From positions 352,001 to 416,000 of the forward strand of contig CAWJQI010000005.1 of the NCBI GenBank assembly GCA_963845085.1: a stretch of DNA of 64,000 nucleotides. The letters are read 5' to 3'. The notes beneath the pieces are model-generated. The model ran no database searches. It had not been told where the DNA came from and saw nothing but the letters and a program-made list of their open reading frames with translations. Numbering within the stretch: position 1 is the first letter of the stretch; each line of letters starts with the position of its first letter. The stretch is from Candidatus Fermentibacterota bacterium. Its GTDB lineage: Bacteria > Fermentibacterota > Fermentibacteria > Fermentibacterales > JCC-6. Of this stretch, positions 37,080 to 46,593 are shown in pieces. The translations under genes were made by a program, and so were the position numbers.

Positions 37080-38729
37080 TCAGTTTTCGGAGAAGAAAAC
37101 CCTTTGCTCCACCGGGCTCACGGTTCCGAGGAAATGAAGGTACTCCATCAGGATCTCGGCGTCGATGAAACCGGTGTCGGTCCAGGTGCGCCCCTTGAGG
37201 CTTCCGAACCCGTCGCCGCCGCCAGCCACGAACGAGTTGGTCACAACCCTGTAACTGGCAGCAGGGTCGATCGGTGCGTAAGTACCGTCGGCGCCTTTCA
37301 CTTCGATCGAGAGCACCCTGTGTCCGTCGACGGGGACTTTGGCAGCCTCGTACCGCATGCCCGCCACGTATGGGAACGTTCCGTCCGAACGGCCCTCGTC
37401 GAAGATCGTCGAAAGGGCCTCCTCGAACACCACCCGGATCTCTTCGCCGGAAAGGTCGAGCACAGCCATGGTGTTGCCGAAGGGAAGAAGCGTGTAGACC
37501 GTCCCGATCGTGATGTCCCCCCGGGGCACGTCGATTCTTACGCCTCCGGCGTTCTGAAGGGCTATGTCCGCATCCATGCCCATCAGGTCGGCTTTCCAGA
37601 GAAGGGCATCGCAGATGACCGGAGCGATTGCGCTGCCCCCGGGCAGGGCTCCCCCCGGTACCCTGGCGTTGGGCAGGTCGCTCTCCGCCCGGGCCAGAAC
37701 CTCACTCTGAAAGTCTTCGATTGCAGCGGTGTAGCTGTCAACGAGCTCCCCGACGACAGGGTCGGGCGTTGTGAACAGAAGCCCCGCCACAGCAGCTGTA
37801 CTGTCGCTGGTCAGGATGACCGGAGAACCGCGCCAGCCCGTCACCCTTCCTTCACTGTCGAAGTCAACGCCCAGTCTTCCGAGCATCACGGCGTAGCGCC
37901 AGGCCGTGACGACGAGCACCGTATCCCCGAGTGGACCCTCGACCACCGTTGGGTACTCGCCCCCGGATTCGAGCCCGAGGCCGGAGAAATCACCAAGGAA
38001 TGTGTGGGAGTGTCCCCCGACGATCACATCGACCCCCGGAAGAGTGGCTGCAAGTTCAAGGTCTTCCATGTAGCCGGCATGGGTGAGGGCCACGATCTTG
38101 TTGACGCCCTGCCGTTCGAGCAAAGCAACCGCGTTCATGCCCGCCTCGAGCATGGGTGTTGCCACGGTGTTCGCGGAAGGGCTGGAAACGCTTGCCAATT
38201 CCTCCGTGATGAGCCCGATCACCCCTATCCTTTCCCCGCCGGTCTCGATGATGACAACGGGCGCAACCCTTCCCGCGAGCAGGGAATCGCCCTCAAGCGA
38301 GAGATTGGCACAGACGACGGGAAAAAGAACCTCATCAAGAAGCGCTCTGAACCCGGCGCTTCCGCGGTCGAACTCGTGATTGCCAGGGGCCATGACATCG
38401 AGCCCCATCGAGTTGTACACCGCGGCATCGGCCTGCCCGCCGTAGACAGTGTAGAAGAGTGTGCCCTGGACCATGTCGCCGGCGTGCAGGAAAATCACGT
38501 TTTCTTCCGCCATCCTCGTCCGCCTGACCTCGGAGGCGATCAGCGCCACCCCCCCGGCCGGGATCCTTGTCGGTTCACCGGTCGAATCAAGGGAAACGGC
38601 GATGGAAAGGGGTTGGAGGTTAGAATGCGTGTCGTTCAGGTGAAGAATGTTTAGGGTGTAAGTGCTCTGCGCCGACAGCGTGGTGACCGCTGCAAGGATG
38701 AGGGTCGAAAAAGCTCCCGGGACTGCCAT
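37080..38729 (-). CDS. Periplasmic 5'-nucleotidase / NAD nucleotidase (UshA/NadN-like)
   Basis: Motifs ILHLNDTHS, LHAGDMVQGT, GNHEFD, VGGHSH, QNAGGVR, LPFGN and GGDGF, plus a signal peptide. Start set at ATG 38729. Confidence 0.93.
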   Translation of the reverse strand: MAVPGAFSTLILAAVTTLSAQSTYTLNILHLNDTHSNLQPLSIAVSLDSTGEPTRIPAGGVALIASEVRRTRMAEENVIFLHAGDMVQGTLFYTVYGGQADAAVYNSMGLDVMAPGNHEFDRGSAGFRALLDEVLFPVVCANLSLEGDSLLAGRVAPVVIIETGGERIGVIGLITEELASVSSPSANTVATPMLEAGMNAVALLERQGVNKIVALTHAGYMEDLELAATLPGVDVIVGGHSHTFLGDFSGLGLESGGEYPTVVEGPLGDTVLVVTAWRYAVMLGRLGVDFDSEGRVTGWRGSPVILTSDSTAAVAGLLFTTPDPVVGELVDSYTAAIEDFQSEVLARAESDLPNARVPGGALPGGSAIAPVICDALLWKADLMGMDADIALQNAGGVRIDVPRGDITIGTVYTLLPFGNTMAVLDLSGEEIRVVFEEALSTIFDEGRSDGTFPYVAGMRYEAAKVPVDGHRVLSIEVKGADGTYAPIDPAASYRVVTNSFVAGGGDGFGSLKGRTWTDTGFIDAEILMEYLHFLGTVSPVEQRVFFSEN

Positions 38730-38754
38730 GAAACATCCCCCCTTGTATTTCGGA

Positions 38755-39255
38755 TCAGATCTCAGGCCAGAAGCCGTTCTCGAACCAGATGTCCTCCATG
38801 AGAGCCCTGTCCAGCCCGGCAAGGGTTTCCAGATGACCGTGCTCCCAGTCAGCCAGCCAGCCGAACAGCTGCCGCTCGACTTCGGAGCCGGCCTCAGCGG
38901 CCTTTTCCCTGTAGTACTTCTCCGCGGAGGCCTCAAGCGCCATTGCGGCGGAGATTGCGGCGGCTTCGAACCCGGAGGCCGTTATCTCATGCCTGACCCT
39001 TTCGGTGATGACCGCCCCGGAAATGTCAGCTGCCTCGCCGAACGAGGTTAAAGCGGCGAGCGTACCGTTCTGCACCAGCGATGAATAGTGAACGGCAAGG
39101 GCCTTCTCGTGGCGTTTCTCCTCTTCGGCCATGGTGGAGAAGACCTCCCTGACTCCAGCGCTCCCCGTCGACGACGCCACCCTTTCGTAGAACGCCATTC
39201 CCCTCCGCTCAAGAAGGATGGCTCCCTTGATGGCTTCAATCGCTCCCGTGCTCAT
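38755..39255 (-). CDS. Ferritin/rubrerythrin-family diiron protein
   Basis: Duplicated E..G..FY / EEKRH and E....YY / WEHGH motifs, ending in WFENGFWP. Start set at ATG 39255. Confidence 0.85.
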   Translation of the reverse strand: MSTGAIEAIKGAILLERRGMAFYERVASSTGSAGVREVFSTMAEEEKRHEKALAVHYSSLVQNGTLAALTSFGEAADISGAVITERVRHEITASGFEAAAISAAMALEASAEKYYREKAAEAGSEVERQLFGWLADWEHGHLETLAGLDRALMEDIWFENGFWPEI

Positions 39256-40333
39256 CCTGCACTCCCTTCGTTCCTGTTCCCCTTCTGGTGTAGTGAACGG
39301 GATCACCCCAATCATCGACCGCGACCACCCTGCCCGCCAGCCCCACCCTTCTGCCAAGGCAGGATCGGCACTCCTCCCGTCGCTCGTCGGTGCAGGGCTT
39401 GCCGTCGTAGAGAAGATAGTCCTTCCTGTACTCGCCGGGGGTCACGGAGGGCATCAGAACGTTCGCACCCCACGATATCCCCTTCTCCCTCCCTGTCGGG
39501 TCAAGGGCTTGAAGCGCCGTTGTTGCAGCTATGTTGGTGTCGACCGTGAGCAGCCTGGTAAGGCCTATCATCATGAGCGAAAGCCGCATCCTTTCTTCCG
39601 GGGAGGCGATCGGATCCGATCCCATCGGCGTGTCGTGATGGGGGATGAAAGGACCCATGCCGAACATGTCGAAATCGTGCGTGGTGAAGAAAATGAGATC
39701 GTCAGCAAGCATGGAGGCGGTCTGGCCGGGAAGGCCCACCATCACCCCGGTGCCCACCGCGAAACCCTCCTCCCGAAGGAGCCTGAGGCAGGCGAGCCTG
39801 CCTTCCAGTGACTGCTCCCGCGGATGAATCCTGCCGAAAAGGACCGGGTTGGTCGTTTCGATCCGGAGGAGGTAGCGGTGTGCGCCCGCATCCCTGAACC
39901 GCCGGTACGTCCCGCGGGACTGCTCCCCCACGCAAAGCGTTATCCCGATGCCTTTCGGCAGCCCCGGCGAGACAGTGCGGGCCTTGATGCTCCGCACCGC
40001 TTCCTCTACGAAATCCACAAAGGGCGCGTCCCGTCTTTCCCCCGACTGCAGCACCATCGAGCCGAAGCCGGCGCGGGCGCACCACTCCGCGGCTTCAACG
40101 ATTTCGGAAATTGTTGCCATGTACCTGCGCTGCATGGCATTGTCCCGGCGGATGCCACAGTAGCGGCAGTTGAGGGAGCAGATGTTGGAAAACTCGACGA
40201 GACCGCGGTAGTAGACCTTGTTGCCCAGTGTTGCGAGCGTGAGCTCCTCCGCCTGTCTGCGGATGTCCTCGAGGGTTGCGGCATCCCTGGTCTCGAGAAG
40301 CGATACGAGCCTTTCCCGGGAGAGAGCTGTCAA
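39236..40333 (-). CDS. hydE: [FeFe]-hydrogenase H-cluster radical SAM maturase HydE
   Basis: Motifs YRGLVEFSNICSLNCRYCGIRR, VLQSGE, RYLLRIET, MVGLPGQ, GANVLMP and YLLYDGKPC. Start TTG 40333 overlaps the hydF stop. Confidence 0.94.
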   Translation of the reverse strand: MTALSRERLVSLLETRDAATLEDIRRQAEELTLATLGNKVYYRGLVEFSNICSLNCRYCGIRRDNAMQRRYMATISEIVEAAEWCARAGFGSMVLQSGERRDAPFVDFVEEAVRSIKARTVSPGLPKGIGITLCVGEQSRGTYRRFRDAGAHRYLLRIETTNPVLFGRIHPREQSLEGRLACLRLLREEGFAVGTGVMVGLPGQTASMLADDLIFFTTHDFDMFGMGPFIPHHDTPMGSDPIASPEERMRLSLMMIGLTRLLTVDTNIAATTALQALDPTGREKGISWGANVLMPSVTPGEYRKDYLLYDGKPCTDERREECRSCLGRRVGLAGRVVAVDDWGDPVHYTRRGTGTKGVQDEHGSD

Positions 40334-41568
40334 TTGCCGCTCCTGAAAACGGCGAGCGCTTCGGGGAACGGGCCGAGCGCCCTCTCGAAAATGCCAAGGC
40401 TGTAGGCGATGGTCAGGCCGTAGTTGGTGAGGGGAACCCCAAAGGCGGCTGCCCTTTGAATCCGTGTGAGCATGGCCCTTCTGTTGAACATGCAGGCTCC
40501 GCAATGGATCACGAGGCGGTAGGACGAAAGGTCCAAAGGAAAATCCGCACCCCGTTGGAAGGTGAAATCGAGTTCCCCTCCGACAAATCCGGAGAGCCAT
40601 CCCGGGATCTTCACCGTGCCGATGTCTTCCCCGATCGGATGATGGGTGCAGGCTTCGGCCACGAGAATTCTGTCACCGGGCTTAAGGCGCCCGATCGTCA
40701 TCGCACCCCTTACCATGGATGCCAGGTCGCCCTGAAAGCGTGCGAACAGGATGGAGAAGGATGTGAGCGGTATGTCTTCGGGCGTATCCCGGGCAACCCG
40801 CGCGAAGGCCTGGCTGTCCGTCACTACTATCGCAGGCTTTGTCGTGAGATTGCCGAGCCCCTTCCGGAGATCACCCTCCTGAAGGACAAGTGCAAGCGAA
40901 TTGTTGTCCAGAAGGTCCCGGATCACCTGAACCTGGGGTAGTATCAGCCTGCCCTTCGGGGCTTCCTTGTCAATCGGAACGACGAGCACGGCGGTCCCGC
41001 CCCTTGGGACGAGGTCTGAAACGATGGCCTGCCTGTTCACGAAATCTTCGGGTGCAAGGCGGATCAGGGCTTCCCTCAGCTCGGAAAGGCCTTCGCCGGT
41101 CGCAGCGGAAACCGCAACCCAGGCAAGCCTCTTCCCATCCATTGCAGCTCCGAACGATTCCCCGGGCGGGCTGACATCCGTCTTGCTGCGAACCACGATC
41201 AAAGGCACCCCGGTCTGCCGGAACCCCTCCGCGAGCTCCTCCTCCCACTCCCCCCAGTTGTCGCGGTCCGTGACAAGAATGGCGAGGTCGGTGCCTTCCC
41301 TGACGCCGCGGGTCCGCTCGACCCTTTGTGCGCCGAGTTCCCCCTCATCGTCGAGACCGGCGGTATCGGTTACGATCACGGGTCCGAGGGGCAAAAGCTC
41401 CATGGCCTTCTTCACCGGGTCGGTCGTGGTTCCGGGCACATCCGACACGATCGAAACACGTTGGCCTGCAAGGGCGTTAACGATGCTTGACTTGCCGGCG
41501 TTCCTTCTGCCGAACACGCTGATGTGAAGCCTGAATGACCGGGGCGACCTGATGCTAGCAGTAGACAT
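40330..41568 (-). CDS. hydF: [FeFe]-hydrogenase maturation GTPase HydF
   Basis: Motifs FGRRNAGKSS, GTTTDPV, DTAGLDD, APKGRLILPQ, TDSQ, EACTHH and HCGACM. Confidence 0.96.
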   Translation of the reverse strand: MSTASIRSPRSFRLHISVFGRRNAGKSSIVNALAGQRVSIVSDVPGTTTDPVKKAMELLPLGPVIVTDTAGLDDEGELGAQRVERTRGVREGTDLAILVTDRDNWGEWEEELAEGFRQTGVPLIVVRSKTDVSPPGESFGAAMDGKRLAWVAVSAATGEGLSELREALIRLAPEDFVNRQAIVSDLVPRGGTAVLVVPIDKEAPKGRLILPQVQVIRDLLDNNSLALVLQEGDLRKGLGNLTTKPAIVVTDSQAFARVARDTPEDIPLTSFSILFARFQGDLASMVRGAMTIGRLKPGDRILVAEACTHHPIGEDIGTVKIPGWLSGFVGGELDFTFQRGADFPLDLSSYRLVIHCGACMFNRRAMLTRIQRAAAFGVPLTNYGLTIAYSLGIFERALGPFPEALAVFRSGN

Positions 41569-42952
41569 CCCTTTCCCCCTCCTCGACGGCCTTCAGCATC
41601 GTCCCGGCCCTCTCGCGCGCAGCTGGTGGCATCCCATCAAGAAAACCTTTCAGGCACTCAAGCCCGACCATTCTGGTGCCCGGTTCAGCGTAGTCCAGAA
41701 GGTACTCGAGAAATGTGCTTGCAGCGTTGGGGTCGCAGTGCATCCTGATGTCGCCCGGTTTCGCCAGGTCCATGAAATCCCTGCCGGTCCTGCCCAGACG
41801 GTAACAGCCCGTACAGAAGCTGGGCACGTAACCCATCGAGGCGACATCCCTGATGACCGCATCGAGTGGACGGTGATCACCGAGGCTGAACTGGCTTCCG
41901 TCCTCCTCATGCTCGATTTCCGCATATCCACCGGGGTTTGTCCTGCTTCCCGCGGAAATCTGGCTGACACCGAGGGCGAAGGTTTCACGGCGCATTCCGG
42001 GGGTTTCCCGGGTTGACATGATTATGCCTGTGTAGGGCACCGAAAGCCTCAGTATGGCAACTATTTTGCGAAAGTCGGTGTCGGAGACGGCATGGGGCGG
42101 GTGGGCGGCTATGTCCGAACCGGTTGCCGGTTCCAGCCTGGGGACGCTGATCGTGTGGGGACCGATCCCGTGGCGGTCTTCGAGGTGACGGATGTGCTGA
42201 AAGAGCGCCTGAAGCTCCCAGCGCCAGTCGCTCAGTCCGAAGAGAACACCGATGCCCACATCATCGATCCCTGCCTCCATCGCCCTGTCGATCGCGGTGA
42301 TGCGCCAGGCGTAATCCTTCTTCCTGCCCCCGACATGCACCCTGCGGTACGCATCCGGATTGTAGGTCTCCTGAAAAAGCTGATATGTGCCGATGCCGGT
42401 TTTCCTGAGCTCACTGAACTCGTCCAGGGAAAGGGGGGCAACGTTCACGTTTACCCTGCGTATCTCGCCCCTGCCGGACTTCACGCCGTACACGGTGGCA
42501 ATGCTCTTGAGAACGTAGCTGAACCCCTCTCTGGGGTAGGATTCACCAGCCACGAGAAGCACCCTTTTGTGCCCCTGGTCTACAAGAATGCGGGTTTCCC
42601 GTGCAATCTCATCCTGCGTGAGGGCCCGCCTGACCACCTCCGGATTTGAGGCCCGGAACGCGCAGTAAAGGCACTCATTCCCGCAGAGGTTGGAAATGTA
42701 AAGAGGTGCGAATATGACGAGTCGTTTCCCGTAAATCGTTTCCTTGACCTTTTTTGCCGCATCGAAAAGCTCATCGAGCAAGGCAGGGTCATCGACCACT
42801 GCCAGCGAGGCGGCATCTTCGGGCGGAAGCCCCTTCATTTCCATGGCTCTGGCAAGAACCTCCCTGAATCTCGCAGCGTCGGTTCCGACGCTCCGGGCCA
42901 GGAGGGCGTCGATCCGTTCGGGATCGATTATGGGATACAGGGCGGAATCCAT
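41555..42952 (-). CDS. hydG: [FeFe]-hydrogenase radical SAM maturase HydG
   Basis: Motifs FAPLYISNLCGNECLYC, GHKRVLLVAGE, GTYQLFQETY, HTISVPR and C-terminal PSFCTGCYR..C.PNA. Confidence 0.96.
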   Translation of the reverse strand: MDSALYPIIDPERIDALLARSVGTDAARFREVLARAMEMKGLPPEDAASLAVVDDPALLDELFDAAKKVKETIYGKRLVIFAPLYISNLCGNECLYCAFRASNPEVVRRALTQDEIARETRILVDQGHKRVLLVAGESYPREGFSYVLKSIATVYGVKSGRGEIRRVNVNVAPLSLDEFSELRKTGIGTYQLFQETYNPDAYRRVHVGGRKKDYAWRITAIDRAMEAGIDDVGIGVLFGLSDWRWELQALFQHIRHLEDRHGIGPHTISVPRLEPATGSDIAAHPPHAVSDTDFRKIVAILRLSVPYTGIIMSTRETPGMRRETFALGVSQISAGSRTNPGGYAEIEHEEDGSQFSLGDHRPLDAVIRDVASMGYVPSFCTGCYRLGRTGRDFMDLAKPGDIRMHCDPNAASTFLEYLLDYAEPGTRMVGLECLKGFLDGMPPAARERAGTMLKAVEEGERDVYC

Positions 42953-43017
42953 TTACGCATCTCCATTCAGCCGACAGGAGGACAGGACACTCACGGGAAA
43001 TATAGTAATTATTCTCG

Positions 43018-44220
43018 TTAAGGCTGGGCGCAGCGATGCCGGAAGGCAGCGGCGAAAATGCCGTCCACTCGGGATTCAGGAGGAAAGGAGACCATCATGC
43101 CGTCTTTTGCAAGGAGATCAGGCACATCGAGCGAAAGATGCTCAAAGCCGTTGTGCCCCTTCAGGAAACGTTCGGCCTGCATTTCGTTCTCCTCGAACTC
43201 CAGGCTGCAGGTGCTGTAGAACAGGATCCCGCCCGGCTCGACCAGATCGGCAGCGCTCGAAAGCAGTGATGCCTGGATCTCTGAAAGGCCGGCCAGCGAC
43301 TCTGACGACCACCGCCATCTTGCCCCGGGCCTTCTTCGAAGAACACCGGTGTTCGAGCAGGGCGCATCAACGAAGACCTTCCGGAACCTGCCTTTGAACG
43401 GCGGTATGACACCGTCCGCCACGACCGGATGTGCGTGGGTCCAGCCAAGCCTTTCGCGGTTCTCGAGCCATTTTGTCATTCTGCCCGGCGAGCGGTCGAG
43501 GCTGACCGTGAATGACCCCTGCTGGTGCGCGGTCTTCCCGCCGGGGGCCGCCCCCAGCTCGAGGGCGGTCCCGCCTGGCAACGCGGCAAAGACCCTTGCC
43601 GCGATCGCGGCCGCCTCGTCCTGAACGAAGACGTCGGGAGGTGGAAGCGGTACGCCCCTGTCGAAAACCCTGTACGCTTCAAGGAACTGCCCGGGGGCCC
43701 CCGGAGGGGGCGCTCCAAATGCGAAGCCTCCCAGAGTCGGCGGTTCGTTGTTCCAACTGAGAAGCGCTTCCGTGCGCTCCGTTCCGAAACGGTCAAGCCA
43801 TCTCCGCACGAGCCCGGGAGGGTGCGACCATCTGATGTGCAGGGGAAGGCCGGGCTCCTCCCCTTCCGAAGCCAGCCTTCGCAGAACAGCGTTCACAAGT
43901 CCCCGTGCGCCGGGATTCGCCGCGAGTCCAACCGTTTCCGAGACCGCGGCGTGTACCGGTGTTTCCAGAACGAGAAGCTGAACGGCGCCCAGACGCAGGA
44001 CGGCAAGAGTGCGCTCGTCGAGGCTCCGAAGGGGTTTCGAAAGAAAACGGGCCAGTGCGTTGTCAAGCCTGGCCCGCCAGATCGTTGTTTCCCTCTGAAG
44101 CCTCAGTGCGAATGCGGCGTCGCGGGATGAGAGCCCATTTGCGCCGCCGCGGTTTCCCAGAAGAGCTTCGAGGGCTGTTCTCCTGGGATCGGGGCTAGCG
44201 GCAGCCCGCGAGGTTCTCAA
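43018..44220 (-). CDS. rsmB: 16S rRNA m5C967 methyltransferase RsmB/Sun (NusB-like + SAM domain)
   Basis: Motifs LRLGAVQL, HAAVSETV, GLVNAVLR, VQDEAA, AAPGGKT, VDAPCSNTG and YSTCSL. The start is uncertain; TTG 44220 was chosen. Confidence 0.88.
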   Translation of the reverse strand: MRTSRAAASPDPRRTALEALLGNRGGANGLSSRDAAFALRLQRETTIWRARLDNALARFLSKPLRSLDERTLAVLRLGAVQLLVLETPVHAAVSETVGLAANPGARGLVNAVLRRLASEGEEPGLPLHIRWSHPPGLVRRWLDRFGTERTEALLSWNNEPPTLGGFAFGAPPPGAPGQFLEAYRVFDRGVPLPPPDVFVQDEAAAIAARVFAALPGGTALELGAAPGGKTAHQQGSFTVSLDRSPGRMTKWLENRERLGWTHAHPVVADGVIPPFKGRFRKVFVDAPCSNTGVLRRRPGARWRWSSESLAGLSEIQASLLSSAADLVEPGGILFYSTCSLEFEENEMQAERFLKGHNGFEHLSLDVPDLLAKDGMMVSFPPESRVDGIFAAAFRHRCAQP

Positions 44221-44446
44221 CCTTCTCGAGGTCGGGGAAGACGACCCTGAGGTTTTTCTCAACACCGTGCTGAAGGGTGAGCGCGGCAAAGGCGCAGCCG
44301 CTGCAGGCGCCCTGGAGCTCCACCTTCACGGTCCGTCCGTCAAGTGCAACAAAACGGATGTCGCCGCCGTCGCCCTGAAGCATGGGCCTGATCTTCTCCA
44401 GCTCGGCGATGACATTCTCTTCGGTAAGGGGAAGTGTGCCTGACAT
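44195..44446 (-). CDS. NifU/NfuA-like Fe-S carrier domain protein
   Basis: [12 protein letters not shown]...[10 protein letters not shown]...TL..GVE. Confidence 0.93.
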   Translation of the reverse strand: MSGTLPLTEENVIAELEKIRPMLQGDGGDIRFVALDGRTVKVELQGACSGCAFAALTLQHGVEKNLRVVFPDLEKVENLAGCR

Positions 44447-44459
44447 TTTCAGTCCTTTC

Positions 44460-46535
44460 TCAGTTCACCTGGGCGAGCACCAGGGATACGATGGTCATCA
44501 GCTTGATAAGAATATTGAGCGAGGGACCGCTCGTGTCCTTGAAGGGGTCACCGACCGTATCGCAGATGACTGCAGACTGGTGGTTCGAGGATCCCTTTCC
44601 TCCGTTGTGCCCCTCCTCGATGTACTTCTTGGCGTTGTCCCATGCACCTCCGGAGTTGCTCATGAAAACCGCGAGAAGCACTCCCGTCACAATGGCCCCC
44701 GCAAGAAGGCCTCCGAGGGTCGCGGGCCCGTTCTCGCCGAAACCGAGGAAGACCGCCACAGGTACGGCCACGGCCAGCAGCCCCGGCAGGATCATCTCGG
44801 TGAGTGCAGCCCTCGTTGCAATGTCTATACATTTTTCGTTGTCAGGTTCCGCGCTGCCTTCCATGAGCCCTTTTATCTCGTGGAACTGCCTTCTTACCTC
44901 GGTGACCATCTTCATGGCCGCCCTGCCGACCGACCGGAGCGTTATCGAGGCGAAAAGAAACGGCAGAAGACCCCCCACGAGCAATCCGGAAACGACGTAC
45001 GGATCCAGCAGGTCGATCGTTGAAAGGCCGGCAGCCTGCGCATAGGCCGTGAACAGCGCAAGGGCGGTGAGGGCGGCGCTGCCGATGGCGAAACCTTTGC
45101 CCATCGCAGCGGTTGTGTTCCCCAGTGCGTCGAGTTTATCGGTCCGGCGCCGAACCTCTTCGGAAAGCCCTGCCATGCTTGCGATACCGCCCGCGTTGTC
45201 GGCCACCGGACCGTAGGCGTCGACCGACATGGTCATCCCCACGTTCATGAGCATTCCGAGCGCGGCGATTGCAATGCCGTATATACCGGCAAGGCTGTGA
45301 CTTACAATGACAGCAGCGGCAATGAGGAGCATCGGGATCAGGGCGGATTCCATTCCCACGGCTATTCCCTCGATGACGGTCGTGGCGGTTCCCGTTCCGG
45401 TGGCTTCGGCGATCTTTCTCACGGGTCGTGAACTCGTGAAGTACTCTGTGACAAGGCCGATGCAGGTTCCGACAACCACTCCGCAGGTCATCGCCCAGAA
45501 AACGCCCGTCCCAAGCCCTGACCGACTGATGAAGAGCCAGCCCAGGATGATGCTCAGTGCGGCGCTCAGGAAGGTGCCGTTTCTGAGAACGGAGTGGGGG
45601 GATGTTCTTCTCTGGAGCCTGACGAACAACGCCCCGACAAGGCTTGCCATGGTTCCCAGCGCTGCGAGTATCAACGGGAGCGCGATGAGGGTCTGCCTCC
45701 CGAGGTGCAGCCCGTCATGTCCGGCAAGGGAGAAGAGGCTTGAAACCGCTGCCGACGGAAGGCTGATGGCCAGTACGATGGCAGCAATGATGCAACCCAC
45801 GTACGACTCGAACAGGTCGGCGCCCATTCCGGCTACGTCTCCCACGTTGTCGCCGACATTGTCGGCAATGACCGCCGGGTTTCTGGGGTCGTCTTCAGGA
45901 ATGCCCGCCTCGAGCTTTCCGACGAGGTCAGCGCCGACGTCTGCGCTCTTGGTAAAGATTCCCCCGCCCACTCTGGCAAAGAGGGCTATGCTGCTGGCCC
46001 CCATTCCGAAACCTGCCACACTCTCGAGTGTGACTTCGATCCCGAGAATGGCCGACATGACGAGCCGGATCGAATCGATGTCATGGAAGCAGAGGTAGAA
46101 GGCGCTTACACCGAGAAGGCCCAGACCGGCGACTGCAAAACCCATCACGCTCCCGGAACTGAACGCTGCGGCAAGCGCTCCCGAAAGGCTCTCGCGGGCA
46201 GCATTGGCCGTTCTAACGTTCCCCGTCGTGGCGGCCTTCATGCCCACGTACCCGGCCAGCATGCTGAGAAGCGCGCCGGCGATGAAAGCCACGGAGGTGG
46301 CCCTGTTGACGAACAGAAAAAGCAGGGCGGAAACGACGAGAACGAAAACGAGAAGGATCCGGTACTGCGTCTTGAGATAAGCCATGGCGCCGGTGCTTAT
46401 GAAACCGGCTATCCGCTGCATGAGTTCGTTGCCCGGAGAACACTTTTTCAGCCCGGAATAGACCAGCAGGGCTGCGAAAAGCGTAAGAACGGCCACCGCA
46501 GGTGCCAGAAGGGTAAACATTGCGCCAGCCTGCAT
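44460..46535 (-). CDS. hppA: Membrane-bound K+-dependent (likely Na+-translocating) pyrophosphatase
   Basis: Motifs [51 protein letters not shown] and [19 protein letters not shown] carries the Ala that marks K+-dependent enzymes. Confidence 0.95.
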   Translation of the reverse strand: MQAGAMFTLLAPAVAVLTLFAALLVYSGLKKCSPGNELMQRIAGFISTGAMAYLKTQYRILLVFVLVVSALLFLFVNRATSVAFIAGALLSMLAGYVGMKAATTGNVRTANAARESLSGALAAAFSSGSVMGFAVAGLGLLGVSAFYLCFHDIDSIRLVMSAILGIEVTLESVAGFGMGASSIALFARVGGGIFTKSADVGADLVGKLEAGIPEDDPRNPAVIADNVGDNVGDVAGMGADLFESYVGCIIAAIVLAISLPSAAVSSLFSLAGHDGLHLGRQTLIALPLILAALGTMASLVGALFVRLQRRTSPHSVLRNGTFLSAALSIILGWLFISRSGLGTGVFWAMTCGVVVGTCIGLVTEYFTSSRPVRKIAEATGTGTATTVIEGIAVGMESALIPMLLIAAAVIVSHSLAGIYGIAIAALGMLMNVGMTMSVDAYGPVADNAGGIASMAGLSEEVRRRTDKLDALGNTTAAMGKGFAIGSAALTALALFTAYAQAAGLSTIDLLDPYVVSGLLVGGLLPFLFASITLRSVGRAAMKMVTEVRRQFHEIKGLMEGSAEPDNEKCIDIATRAALTEMILPGLLAVAVPVAVFLGFGENGPATLGGLLAGAIVTGVLLAVFMSNSGGAWDNAKKYIEEGHNGGKGSSNHQSAVICDTVGDPFKDTSGPSLNILIKLMTIVSLVLAQVN

Positions 46536-46593
46536 TCAAACCTCCGGGAATCAGAACACGGTTTTCAGACCCGAAAAGCCACGGATTTCTAAC

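Noticed and set aside
37020..38654. Long antisense ORFs (for example 37020-38654, 9227-10954, 14226-15743, 13006-14391, 35212-36381)
   Set aside because: They shadow well-supported genes on the opposite strand, have no recognisable motifs, and are expected from GC-rich codon bias.
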